Assembly (NCBI RefSeq): GCF_018350175.1
Contig: NC_058369.1
Coordinates: forward strand, 620,001-684,000
Reading direction: 5' to 3'
From: Felis catus
Taxonomy: Eukaryota
DNA: 64,000 nucleotides
Shown: positions 1-29,450 of the stretch, one piece after another
Position numbering within the stretch: position 1 is the first letter of the stretch
Layout of the letters: each line of letters begins with the position of its first letter
Notes under the pieces: generated by a model
What the model was told of the DNA's origin: nothing
Seen by the model: only the letters and a program-made list of their open reading frames with translations
Database searches by the model: none
Program-made: the position numbers and the translations under genes

Positions 1-246
1 CCCAGACTTGCGACCCTCCGCACCCTCGGGTGCCCGGGTTCTGGGCCAGGCGCGCCTCTTGAACTCACGACGAGTACAATCGTTTCTTTTCGAAGAAGGA
101 TTTCCCTTTTTGTTTTTGTTTTTGTTTTTGTTTTTTGCGTTTTTTGTTGATTTTTGTTTTTTGCGTTTTTTTTTTCCTTGGAGAAGGGAACTTTAGGGGG
201 ACAAAAGGAAGAACCGCTCTTCGGGGGGAATAGATAAGGAAGATAA

Positions 247-17978
<17,732 letters not shown>

Positions 17979-18811
17979 GGGTCGCCGCCCGCAGGTAGGC
18001 CGCCTCGGGGACCTGGGGGGGATGGGACGCACCGAGGGCACCGGCCCACCACTGCTGACCGGGGCCGGTTCTGCCCTTCGCCGTTCTGTCGGTCTTCGTC
18101 CACCGCCACCAGCATCTGGGCCAGAGGTAGAGGAACTCACTTGCTCTAGGACCCTGGCCGGGGGTTCGGGGGTGGGGGGTGGCTTGGGCAGCAGCTCCTG
18201 CGAGCAGGAGGCGGGCCCCTCACAGGAGCCGCCTGTCCTGCCAGCCCCGGGTGATGCTGGACTCAGCCCAGAGGTGTATGAGGCGCCGGGTGGCCGGGTG
18301 GGAGGTTGAGACGTCTTGGGTTTGGCTCGGGCTGTCATCCTGGTGGCCGCTCGGCCTCCTCCGCTTCCTCTTCCTGCTCCTGCCTGCCCCAGTCCAAGAA
18401 GGTGTATGTGGAGGGGAATCAGGCCCCAGGGGTGCAGGAGAGCCCATCGTCTGCTCGGGGTGCAGGCGGGGTGCCCTCTCCCAGGGTGCTGCCCCCACCC
18501 CCCCTCAAGTGGCCCCGGAGTGCTTATCTGCCAGCATCAGAACCAGCCAGGCAGGCTGAAAACTGCTTCTTTGGGGAGGCCTGGCTCTCTCTGTGGAGGG
18601 TGGTGCTTAACCCCAGTGGGCAGGGAGTGAACTACAGGGTGGCCCTTCAGATCAGTGCGACCTTGCCTGGTCTCTCTGGACGCCTGACAGCTCCGTGTGA
18701 CCAGGCCTCAGTTTCCCCCACCCTGTCAGCGGGCCCCAGGGTGGGCCCTGCCTCCTGAGATACAGAATGTGTTTGCCGGCCCAGGAGTGACCCATCTGTT
18801 CCCGTCTGCAG

Positions 18812-19810
18812 CCCGTCTCATCCAGGTGCCACGGCCCAGGTCCTCAGTCTTCCCGCCGACTGCTGGCCCACGTCTGCTGCCCAGAAAGGCCACCACCACA
18901 CCCTCCTTGCCGACTGCCCCTCAGGAATCCAGGGGTCCTGGAGGGCCATGGCTGGGGGACAGCAGGGACTGGGGACTGGCCTTCCCCTCATGGCCAGTGA
19001 ACACGGCCTCTCATTGACTTTGCAGCCCTGTGCCGAGCCCCCTCCCCGGGCCTCGGGAGGAGGGAGAGCGCCGGCACGCGGGCCCCGCGGGAAGCCCCTG
19101 CCATGCACTTTACGTTCAGACTACTGGTCCTCGCCCCACCCCGACTTCTTTTTACTCTGCTCCACGTTAGCGCCTCCCACACCTAGTGATGTGTTCAGAC
19201 AAACCACAGCCACAGCCACAGCCGGAGCCAGTAGAAGAACAGGGCCGTCAACCAAGATGCATGCCCAGAGCCCAAGGGAGCCAGGCGGCTGCCTTGTCTT
19301 TGTTGTTTGGTTGGTTCCTTTTCCTTTTTCTAAGAAAAAATAAAGCAGGTGGATTTGAGCTGGTTGTGAAGGGTGTTTGGGAACTGTTGGGTGGTCCTCT
19401 CGTGGGCTTCACAGCCCGGGGGGCTGGCAGGTGGCCGGGTGGTGGGAACTGGGGCTCCCGAGGGGGTCTATCTTTGGCCACGCTGGACAGGAGTCCCCTC
19501 GGTGGTGACCGGTCTCCCCAAAGCTCCCCGGGGCCCTCGGCTCCCCAGTGCAGCAGCCGGGGGGCCTGATCGCAGGACCCTGTCTTTCCAAGTTCTCTGT
19601 GCCCCTGGGTCCCCAGAGAAAACCCGAACCAAAAGCAAGAGTGTGCAGTAAATATTTATAATCAACCAGAAAACAAACACAAGAAACTCCCATCACTGGA
19701 TGGTACACAGACGGCACGAAGCTCCGAGGGGAGGGGCGGGGTGGGGCGACTCAGCCGCAGGCGAGGGCTGCCCCATCTTTTGGCAATAAATAAAGCTTGG
19801 GAAACTTGAA
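18812..19810 (+). other. STK11: STK11 non-coding last exon (3'UTR)
   Basis: Donor CAG|GTAGGC at 17995, 16 nt after the stop; acceptor cccgtctgcAG at 18810-18811; AATAAA at 19339-19344 and 19785-19790. The 3' end is approximate. Confidence 0.75.
19785..19794 (+). terminator. STK11: STK11 polyadenylation signal (AATAAATAAA)
   Basis: Overlapping AATAAA hexamers followed by GT-rich sequence (tttgggttttgtgtct). Confidence 0.8.
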
Positions 19811-19958
19811 ACCTTGGCCGTTTGGGTTTTGTGTCTTAAAACATGACAGAGTTCTGGCTGCTCTTTGGACGGTGCACCTGCGGGGCGGGCGGGTGGCCCA
19901 CTCACATGCTTTGGGTGGGCGTGGGAACTCGGCGGGATGGGGTGGCGGCGAGGCGTTG

Positions 19959-19964
19959 TTTATT
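19959..19964 (-). terminator. CBARP: CBARP polyadenylation signal
   Basis: TTTATT on + (AATAAA on -), about 690 nt past the CBARP stop. Confidence 0.75.
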
Positions 19965-20652
19965 GCTCGGAGGGGGCGCAGACTGCCGCGAGCACATGCC
20001 GCAGTGAGGTAAACAGCTTCAGGGGTTTGGCGGCTGCGGCCTCCACCCGACCTGCGCTGCAGCGCCGGCGCCGGCCGGCCCCCGATCTCCGGAGCCCCGG
20101 GCCCCAGAGGGCCCGCGCGTGCGCCCTGGGGAGGCCTTCAGCGCGTGCAGCCCAGACTCGCCTCGAGGCTCCACTGGTCCTGGTAGGGGCGCCCTGCGCA
20201 TGCGCCGCCCCGCACCGCCCGCCCCTGCCCCGGGGGAGCAGGTCCTGCGCCAGCGCCTCCCGGTGCTCTGTGCCCGAGACGCCACCACTCAGAGGCTGCC
20301 GTCTAGGGTGGAAGGCAGGTGGACGTTCTCCCCGGGAGCCCGAAGATGAGAGCCTGCCACGCCCCCTCCAGCCGAGCCAGGGCCCTGCAGCCTCGCGCTT
20401 TGGGAAGCCACAGGGCACCTGCTAAGTGCCCAACGGGGACCGTGTGCGCGTGCCCACCAGTGGCAGCTCGAGGGTGTCACGAGGACGCGAGCACGCGCAC
20501 GTGGGGGCGTCCGGAAGTCCTGCGCGCGTGCGCGCGCTAGGCCCCGCGGCCCCAGCGCTCGCGCCCTGGAGCGTCGCGCCCCAGGCGGGTCCCGTGGCAG
20601 GGGTCCCGGGCGGCGCCGGAGAAGCTGACGAGGTGGGTGCAGGAGGCAGGGC

Positions 20653-23600
20653 TTAGGCAGGGCTGTGGTCGGGAGACGTGGGCGCGGCGGCGGCCAGCGT
20701 GGGAGCGGTGGCGATGGGCTGGGCGAGGCGCGGCGGGAAGAGTCTGTCATCGAGGCCAGCCGCCAGCTTGTCCAGCAGCGTCCCCGGGGGCCCGACGCAC
20801 AGGCCCGAGCCGGGGCAGGTGCTGCTGCCACCGCCGGGCTCCTCCTCGATGACCGGGATGGCGGGCGCGGTCGGTTCGTCGCCCGCGCGGCCCTCTGGGG
20901 GGCAGTCGACGCTGTCGCCTCGGCGCAGAGGCGCGCGCGTGGGGCGGGAGTCGGCCCCAAAAGGGGCCGCGGGCGGGGCAGGGGTCGTGGCGCGCGCGCC
21001 GGGGTCGCTGTGCTGCCGGCCGCGCTGCTGCCACTGCTTGCGCGTGTGGGGGTGCGCGCGCACGCGATGGCGCGTGGCGCTGGGCAGCGTGTCGTCGAAG
21101 TGCGGGTCGTGGCGCAGGAACTCGTGGAAGAGGGCATCTGTCTTCTCGTCAATGCTGTAGTCGCGGCGCGGGGCGCGGCGGGGCCAGGCGCGCGGGCTGC
21201 GGGGTCGGACGGGCGCCTCGGTGGGCGCCGGCGCCCCCTCGAAACTGGTGCCCACAGTGGCCGTGCGGCCGGCGCTGGTGAAGGAAGAGCGCTTCTCGGA
21301 CGCGCTGAGGAGCCCGTCCTCGCCGGCGCCGCGGCCCTCAATGCTGGCGTAGCCGCTGTCCATCTGCAACAGCTTCCGCGGACCTCCCGCCTCGCTGTCT
21401 GCCGGCCGGGGGGTGGGGGGCGGCGAGGGCGGTGGGAAAGTGGGCACGGTGGTCCCGGAGCCCGAGCCCGAGCTGTCGCCGCTGCGCACCGAGTCGCGGT
21501 CGTTGCCACTGCTGCTGTGGTCCGAGGCGGCAGCCGCGTGCAGCTCAAGAGAGGCTCGCAGGCTCCAGATATCCCGGTAGGTGGTCTGGGCCTGCTCTGG
21601 CCCCGAGTCCCGCTCACCATCAGATTCCTGCTGCAGCTCAGGCCCCGCACCACCACTGCGCTCGGGGGGAGACTCGGGGCTCGCTCCTCCCGCGGCGCCC
21701 GCCTCCTCCGCTGCCTCTAGCCTGCAAGCCAGGCCGCAGCAGTCAAGAAGGCTGTGCGCGCCCCTGCGTGTTCTCCCCAGCCACCCTGCCTCTGGGTCCG
21801 GAAGGGTGGGCGCCGGTGGGGACCCCCTAGGCTCGGCCAGGCTCTGCGGAGAGCGGATTTTAAGAAAATGCTGGCGGTCCCTGTTACAGGGGGTGGTTTC
21901 TGGATAAACCCCAAGCCTTCCTGGCACCTGCCTTTCAATCGTGGCTTTTTTTTTTTTTTTTTTTTCTTCAGTATCTGACCCAAGCACCTGCTGGCGTTGC
22001 AGGTGGCTGGCGCCTCATCCACAGAGTCAACATTCCCCTGTGGCGCTCCCCTCTTCCTAACACCTCAGCGGAGAAGGAAGTGGCTGGGATGGACGGGGCC
22101 AGGCGGGGAGTCCAGCTCGGCCCCTACTCCCCAGCGGGACTACTCAGGCAGCTTCACCACCCCAGTACCTCCGTCTGTGGGGCTGGGGGAGGGGGTGCTG
22201 CGGGCAGAAGCAGCCACAATTTCTGAGAAGGGGCCATCCAGCCTTCAGGAACATGGGCAGGAAGGAAGGGGCACCAGGCCACAGTGGACCCCTCGGGGCC
22301 GTGGACTCTAGCAGGAAGCAGTAACATCCAAGCAGGCACCCGCCCCTGGCAGCCCTGCCTGGGCAGGCGTCCTGTCCTGGGGACCCTGTGGCCATCGTCC
22401 AGGGCCCCACCTGCCCCTCTGCCCTTACCCAGTCTCCCCCAGTTTCCCTCTTCTGGTCCTTGCTGGAGAGGTGGCCCCAGTGAGGCAGTCTCCAGGAGGG
22501 ACGATGGAGCTGGAAGAATGGGATATGTCTGCAGGGTGGGGAAAGCCCTCCCCAGGCCACTTAGCGGGGGACTGGGTGGGGCAGGGGCCCACAGGTCCAC
22601 CCCTGACGCTTCTATCCACTACAAAATACCTGCCGAGAGCGGGGGATGGGCTGGCGGGGCTGGCCAGAAAGGGACGGGGGGGCGGGAAGGCCACCGTGTC
22701 GCCTGCGCTGGCGATGTACTGGATGAAGTCCATGTGGGGGGCGTCCCCCTCCTCCTGCTCGGTGCTCTCGCTGGCTGCCCGCTGCCGCTGGAAGTGGTGC
22801 CGCTTGGGGGAGCCTGTGCAGAGGAAGGCGCGTCAGCCTGCCCGAGTCCCTCCCGGCCCCGGGCCGCAAGGAGCCGCCTGGGTCAGGGGTGCGCTGAGGT
22901 GCCGCGGCGGTAGCGGGACCCCCAAGCAGCTCCGGCCACGAGAGCAAGGCCGGAGCAGGTCTGCACTGGGCACCTGGAGGCGGGCGCCGCTGAGCCAAGA
23001 GGCAGAAGCCGGGACACGTGGGAGGACGAGGGACAGGCTGGCTGGGGCCGCTGGGGGGAGAGAGGGGAGGCCTCTTCTGCCAGCTCGACCTCCACCCACG
23101 GGCCCCCTGGAGGGCCTAGGCGAAGCTCTGGTGGGAAAGGGAGGGGGACAGTCACCCGGCAAACAGGCCCCAGGCACTTGCACACCTATGCCTGGCTCTA
23201 ATCACCCTCGGGGGCCACGGGCTCCGTCTCAGCTCCCGACGGCAGTGCAGTAGGCCGCCTTCCCCGCCCAGGAGCGCCTCGGCCAGAACTCGCTCCTCCT
23301 TCCCCTGCAGCGCTAGCTGGCACCAGGCCCCGACGAGGGGCTTGTGCTCTCTCCTTAGCTCTCCTGACCCCAGGACCCCCCACCTCCACAGGGCCGCCTG
23401 TCCCGTCCTGTCCCGGCCCAGCTCCCTTGGGCACGGGCCTGTTGGTACCCGCCGCTCAGGGTGGCCACCTCCCCACCCCGACACGTGCTCCTGCTCTGGG
23501 CTGACGATAAGAAGGCCCTATAGCCAGGGCTCCACGTGACCAGAGGCCTACAGGAGGCAAGAGCTGCCGCGTTAGTTCAGGGGTGGGTGCGCTACGGCTC

Positions 23601-26427
23601 GCAGGCCAGATGGGCCCATGACCTATCATCCTGAAGACCGTTTCGCACCGGCCCGTCCCTGCGTTCGCTTAGACACGCAGTCTGTGGCTGCTCCCACACG
23701 GCCCCGCCAGGCGGACCACGGATCCAAAACCGCTACGGTCTCGTAGCTTGCAGAAAAAGCTCACCCATCTCTGCTGTGGTCTGACGGTGCCCCTGCTTTA
23801 CTGGAGCAGAGCGCACGGCCCAACCAGCTGTAAGCCCCGGGGCAAGATGCCCAGTGGCCAAGGGGTGCTGCTGGCCAGCCCGGGGCAGGAGCCCGAGGCC
23901 CCTGGGGAGCAGTGACCTTTCCCTGTGCAGAACCTCGCTGTGTAAGGCTGCCTGGGGCTGTACTCTCCGGGCCCTGGTCTCTACCCAGGGCCGCCGCTCA
24001 CCTCTTGTGTCCAGACTAGATGCCCGCTGGCTGGGGTCCAGCTTCCATTTCTTGACCTTGAAGTACGGGCTGGCCCCGTCCAGGCTGGTGTGGCGCCGCA
24101 GGCGGGTGAAGAAATGCAGGACGGGTCCTGCCCCGGAGCCTGGACCTGCCTCCTCGGGTCCCCCTGTGGCCCCTGACCCGACCGGCTTGGTGCTCCGGGC
24201 GCCTGCATCCGCCTGGAAGGAAGGAGGGAGGCGATCAGGCACAAAGACCCTCCCGGTGCTGCCCCAGCCTGGGCCGCAGCTCTGCGCTCCCCCCTCCCCA
24301 CCCCCAGTGCAGAGGGGGAACACACAGCTCTCAGCGGGTGGGTGGCAGCGGGACTAAGCTCAGGGGTTCAGCCAGGCGCTGGGCAGCTCTGTGGTCCCCA
24401 GCCCCGGACAGACGGGCTCCTGAGGACGAGTGTCAGAGAGCTCGCGTCCCTGGTCTGAGGAGTGCCCCGTGCGTGTGTTCTACGCCCTGCCGGCCCCTCT
24501 CCCTCCCACGCAGGGGGACCGGGCAGGAGCAAGGGAAGCCATGGCAGGGGGGAGGCCACAGGCTGACCTCGGTCCTGGAGTGGGGCAGGGAGGGGAGGGG
24601 CCGCTCGGGGGCCCTCACCCAGGCGCCTTCCCCGGAGTCGCTGGACGCCAAGGGGCTGATCTCGAAGTCGGCAGGGCCCGCGGCCGAGTTGTAGGGGTCA
24701 CCTGGCAGGGCGGAGCTGGGGCCCACAGAGCGGCCGGTGAGGGCCTTCCCCGGGGGCTGGGGGAGGAAGCAGTAACAGGTCAAAGAGCACGGGTGCGTGA
24801 GGGGGAGCGCTGGACCCACAGCCCTCTGTGCACCCGAGCCAGGCGCCCCCTCCCTGTCCTGAGGTGCGGGGCCCAGCCCAGAGGGTGGGTGTCCCGCCCG
24901 CTGAGCACCAGGCTGGCGGCCGCCCGCACGCTCACCTGGAATATGGCGAGACTGGCCTTGGGGGCGGCAGCGGCGTGTGGGGGGGTGGTGGCGCTGGCTT
25001 CACCCAAGTCGCACTCGTGGATGGTGATGATCTTGAGGGGTGGCAGGTGCAGGTGGGTGAGGCGGGCATTCTTCAGGTGGTGGAAGTCCCCCTCCGTCAG
25101 GGTGTACCTGCGCCCGGCACGCCTGCCCGTCACCACGCCAGCCGGCCCCCGTGCTCAGCCCGAACCCCCGAGCCCACCCCTGCTGCCGTCCCTGTTGGTT
25201 TGGGGTCGGGGGTGGAAGGCAGGGCCCGACTCCCAGGGAGCCCAATCACAGGGCATCAGGCTCCCACCCCTCCCCAGGGACTGGGTCCCTTCGTGCTGAG
25301 CCACTCCTTACCGGCGCCCCTTGTCCTGTGACTTCCGACTCTGCTCAAACAGGGCTGCTTCGTTGAAGGACACCCGGCGGCCCGTGGAGCTGGTGGACAG
25401 GAAGCGCTCCGTCTCCGCGTCCTGGCCCTCGGGGTCCTCCCCCCTGAAGTCAGGGTCTGCGAGGAGAGCCGAGAGGGTGGGCCCCGGGCGGGCCTCGCCT
25501 GGTGCTGGACCGGCGACTGGCTGGGGGGTGGGTCGGGGAAGGGTCGAGGGGTGGGGCCCGACTGAGCGCTGGGACGGGGCAGGGGCGAGGTGGGCACTCA
25601 CACATCCGCTCACACACTCACTCGCTCAGCACGCGCCTGTGAGCACCTACGCGGGCTCTAAGGAAACAGAGATGAGTCGGAATCGAGCTGCGCCCAGTCT
25701 GGTGGGGGAGACAGACAGACACAGCCGGTCAGGCGGCCCAAGGGGGCGGGCAGGAGGGCGGGCAGGTGGGCAGGGGTCAGGGCCTGGCGGGGCGCCGCAC
25801 CTTGGGCAGGATGGGCGCTGCTGTCCAGGTACGTGGTGGTGGTCTTCTCTGCTTCCTCCATGGCTCTGGGGAGAGACCGCGGGGGGCCCCAAGGTGGGAC
25901 GGGGCAGGCAGACAGTGCTGCCCGAGCTCCTCCCGCCTAGCCGCAGCCCAGGCACCCCGCACTCACCCGGCCCCGCACAGGCCCCCGGATGCCCGCAGAG
26001 CAAGCGCGCGCTGGCGCGCGTCCCCTCTCCTCTCCACCCCCCCCCCCCCCCGCTGGCGCTCCCAGGGGGGCCCCACGGCTGGGTGGGCTGCACACCTGTT
26101 GAAGCGCCGGTGGACCTCCCAGCAGCGCCTGCACAGGAGCAGGACTCCGGACAGCACCACCAGAGTGCCACCGACAAAGAGCGACAGGACCACCACCAGC
26201 AGCACGTAGTTGTTGAGGATGGGGTCAGGCTCCGCCTGTGGGCCGGCAGGGGTCAGGACCGCTGGGGGCGGCCTCCGGAGGCCCGGCCCGCCCCGCCCAG
26301 CAGCCCCACTCCGGGCCCCCTCACTCACGGTGGGGCTGCTGGTGGTGTTGTCCCACCTCGAGGTCAGGGCAGCCGTGGCGGCGGTGCTTGCGGCGGCGGT
26401 GGTGGCCATGGTGGGCGTGGGCTGCAT
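20653..26427 (-). CDS. CBARP: Voltage-gated calcium channel beta-subunit-associated regulatory protein (BARP), 740 aa. Coding exons (- strand) 26427-26329, 26235-26096, 25865-25801, 25456-25312, 25107-24936, 24756-24619, 24212-24002, 22813-22630, 21721-20653
   Basis: MQPTPTMAT...WDNTT, TM helix NYVLLVVVLSLFVGGTLVVLSGVLLLC, RRVSFNEAALF, YRDIWSLRASLELHAAA, C-terminus PTSPDHSPA. GT-AG sites, 2223 nt in phase. Confidence 0.93.
23578..23773. mobile_element. MER58A-like hAT-Charlie MITE in a CBARP intron
   Basis: caggggtggg...ctacggctcgcaggccagat...gtctgtggctgct...ttgcagaaaaagct...ctg resembles the recalled MER58A consensus. Confidence 0.6.
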
Positions 26428-28231
26428 CTTGAAGCTAGGAGGAGGGGCCTGGGGGGGGGGCAGGGCGTGCTCAGACCAGCTCCTCCGCCTGCTCTCCCTC
26501 CCGGGTCCCAGAGAGAGGGAGTGGGAGTGAGAGTCCACAGGGGGGCGGTGACTCACGGAGAGGTGGAGGAGAGCCCCGGGGCAGCCCCCACCCCGCTTAG
26601 ATCGACGCCGGGACCTCCGTTTCCCCCTGCTCAAAACGGGGGAGGCGTCTGCTCTCCACCACCTCCCCAGCCGGTGGGGCCGGCCCGGCGAGCTGGCCGG
26701 GAAGCCTGCCCGCAAAAGGGGAAGCACTCCTAGGAGGAATAGGGAAACTGAGGATGTCAGCTCGCTCCCGCGAGACCCAGGAGCCCTGCCTGCCCCCTCA
26801 CGGGAGAGGAAGGGGCTGCCCCAGCGCCAGAGGCTGGTTCCGCGGTAGCGGTACAGGGACCGTGGAGGGGGGCGGAGGCACGGAGCTCAAGAGACTACCA
26901 AGTCACGACTCCCGGAGGTAGCTGTCCCCCCCCCCACACCCGGTGCTAGGGGGAGCGAAAAGGCCAAAGAAGGCGCATGTGTTCCCAGCCCTGAAGAATC
27001 TGGTTCCCATGGCGACCGAGCCAGCGGGCCGAGCGGGGAGGGGGAAGTGGGGGGGGGTTGCCAGGGAGCACTGCGGAGAGGAGGGGGCGCGGGGGAGGGA
27101 GGCCTCCTGCAGGGCGGCTTGAGCCGGTCCTGGGCGGCAAGATGGCTGCTGCAGCGGCCTCCCCGCCGGTGCCCAGCGCGGGGCCCGGCGCCTCGGCGGG
27201 CGAGCAGGCCAGCCTCCACCTCTGCCTGGCGCTAGGAGTAAACGGAGGCCGGGGACGGGAGCTCAGCCCTCGGCAAAGGGACTGCTCGCACGTTGCACCT
27301 GATGGCCCTCCCCAACGCCAGCTCCTCCCGGTGGGAAGGACCGGGGACTGCACTCCGGGATCTCAGGGAGCAGAGTCCGGGCCGGGATGACCACCAGCGC
27401 TCAGTAGGCAGGGCGTGCGTTCGGTCCTTCCCCAGAGGAAAGAGGGAACCTGTACACAGGCTCCCGCGTCCCCGACGCTTTCGGGTTTAACCCCACTCGA
27501 CAGCGGGGTAAAGAGGCCCAGAGACGGGGGGGCGGCGGGCACTGGCGACACCCAGGTGTTCTCAGCGCCGCGGTCCGAGAACGGCCCGGCTCCCGGGTAT
27601 CCTCTGGGGGAGGGGGCGCGCATAAGTAGGTCGGGAAATGAGTTCCGGCTGTAGGGGGAGGGGGCAGGAGCGGAGGGACCGTGACAGGAGACCAGAAAAG
27701 ATGGCAGGAGGCCGAAGGGGAAGAGAGGTGGACTCGCGGGGGTAGGCGGGGACCGGAGCCGAGGGCGGACGCTCCCCACGGGCCCGCCCCTGAGGTCCAG
27801 CCGGGCCTCCCCGAGCTCGCTCGCCACCGCGCCCATCCCCGCGCCCCCGGCCGGCCCCGGGGAAGAGCATGGCGAGCCCTGGAGGAGAGGCAGGAAGCCA
27901 GACTCCGGGCGCATCCCCGCTTCGGGCTAATCCCGGAGACGGGAGACGCAGACGCCATCACCCTCGCTGGAACTCACAGGGGAAACTGAGGCCGGGGGAG
28001 GGCGTGGGCGGGGGAATGTTCCTTTCCAGGCCGCGACGGGGAATGCAGGTTGCCCCCCCACGCCCGCCCCAGCCCCCGACTCCCACCCCCTCCCTCCGGT
28101 CTCGCCGCCTCGCGGGAAGGGCCGGTGGTCCGGAGCCAGGTCGGGCCCCGGAGCCGGCGGCGATCGCGGGCCGCACGGCCCCCCGCCTGCCCCCGCCCGC
28201 CTCGGCGTATCCCCGGGCCCGCCGCGCCTAC

Positions 28232-28345
28232 CTCAGCGCCGGGGCGCGCGGCCCATGGGGGGCGGGCGGGCGGGCGGCTGCGCGGCGTTCCCGGCGGGCT
28301 CCGGTGCCCGGTGGCCGCGGAGCAGGCGGAGAATTTATGAATGGA
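28232..28345 (-). promoter_or_regulatory. CBARP: CBARP non-coding exon 1 and core promoter in a CpG island
   Basis: Donor GAG|GTAGGC on - at 28231; TATA-like CATAAAT on - near 28332-28338; CpG-dense 27950-28720; EGR consensus GCGTGGGCG at 28002-28010. TSS position inferred. Confidence 0.6.
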
Positions 28346-29139
28346 GAGCGCGGCGCGCGGGGGAGGCAGGGCGCAAGAGGAGGGACCGCGCACGTGACCG
28401 CGTTGGCGGCGAGCCCGCTCCGACCCGCTGGGTGCCACCCGGTCCCGGGCAGACCGCCCCCGCCGCGCTCGCTGCCGCGTCTGGCTCGCAGCGCGCCGGC
28501 CACCGCCTCCCCTTCCCTTCCGGCGGGAGTGGGGGGCGGAGCCTGCGCTCCCGGACGCCCCCTCCCCACTCCGAGCCGCCCTCTCCCGCGGCCGCTGAGT
28601 CTCCACCCCCTCCCCTGCGGCACTGCTCCGGACCCTCGCCAGGGTCCGAGGGACCGGGGGCCGGGAACGTCGGGGAGGAGACGGGTGCGTCGGCTTCCCC
28701 TCCTTCGCCTCCCCCAACTTGGGGGCCCCCAGGATGCAGTCTAGGCGGTGTTGGACACATGCCCCCCACTTTCTCCCCCAATGTGCTGCAGACATTGTCA
28801 GGTTCACCGGGCGCTCTGCCTGTGGGGACGAGCAACGGGCCAAGGTAGTCACTATAATCTGTGCTGAGTGCCACCAGGGCCTTCGCAGCCCCGGGGTGAC
28901 ATCTGAACTACTCTGGCAGAAACTCCATGTCTGGTGAATCCCAAAGCTGCTCCCCCTTCTTCTCAGAGACTAGTGCTTCATCCTTCTAGATGCTTAGGAC
29001 ACCAGCCTGCACTGGCCTGGCCTGGGTCCTAGCCCAGCCCACCTGGCCCTACGCTCAGCACCCCACAATGGCACCTCTTTCTCCAGTGAAAACTGACACT
29101 GCCAGTCGAACCTCAGGGCCTTTGCACTTGCAGGTGCTG

Positions 29140-29450
29140 GGCCTGTCCGGCTCTTTCTCCACTCAGCTTCAAGATTCACTCCTTGGCCTCCTTCAACTCT
29201 CTCCCAAATGGCCGAGTCCCGTTATATCTCTTCATGGCTACCTTTGGTAACACAGCAACTCACACCCCACGTTTCAGTCCCCTGCTTCTTTCCACGGTCC
29301 TCGTGTTGTCTGTTATTTGCTCCAGTGTATTGTGTCGCTCCTCACCCCTTCCCCCACTACAGGGGTGAGTTCCAAGTCAAGCGCTGGGTCCCCAGGGGCT
29401 TGCACACTGGAGACAAGAATGTGCTTGTTAAGTGGGTAAATACCCAGCAA
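29140..29450 (+). mobile_element. Probable L2 3' fragment
   Basis: cttcccccactacaggggtgagttcc...gcttgcacac...tgcttgttaagtg resembles the L2 3' end; very diverged. Confidence 0.4.

Noticed and set aside
20289-21720. Long overlapping ORFs (455 aa on -, 351 aa on +) over the CBARP last exon
   Set aside because: Alternative-frame and antisense shadows of a very GC-rich coding exon; low-complexity R/A/P/G content and no independent splice or promoter support.
25321-26733. 470-aa + strand ORF antisense to CBARP exons
   Set aside because: Antisense shadow in GC-rich DNA.
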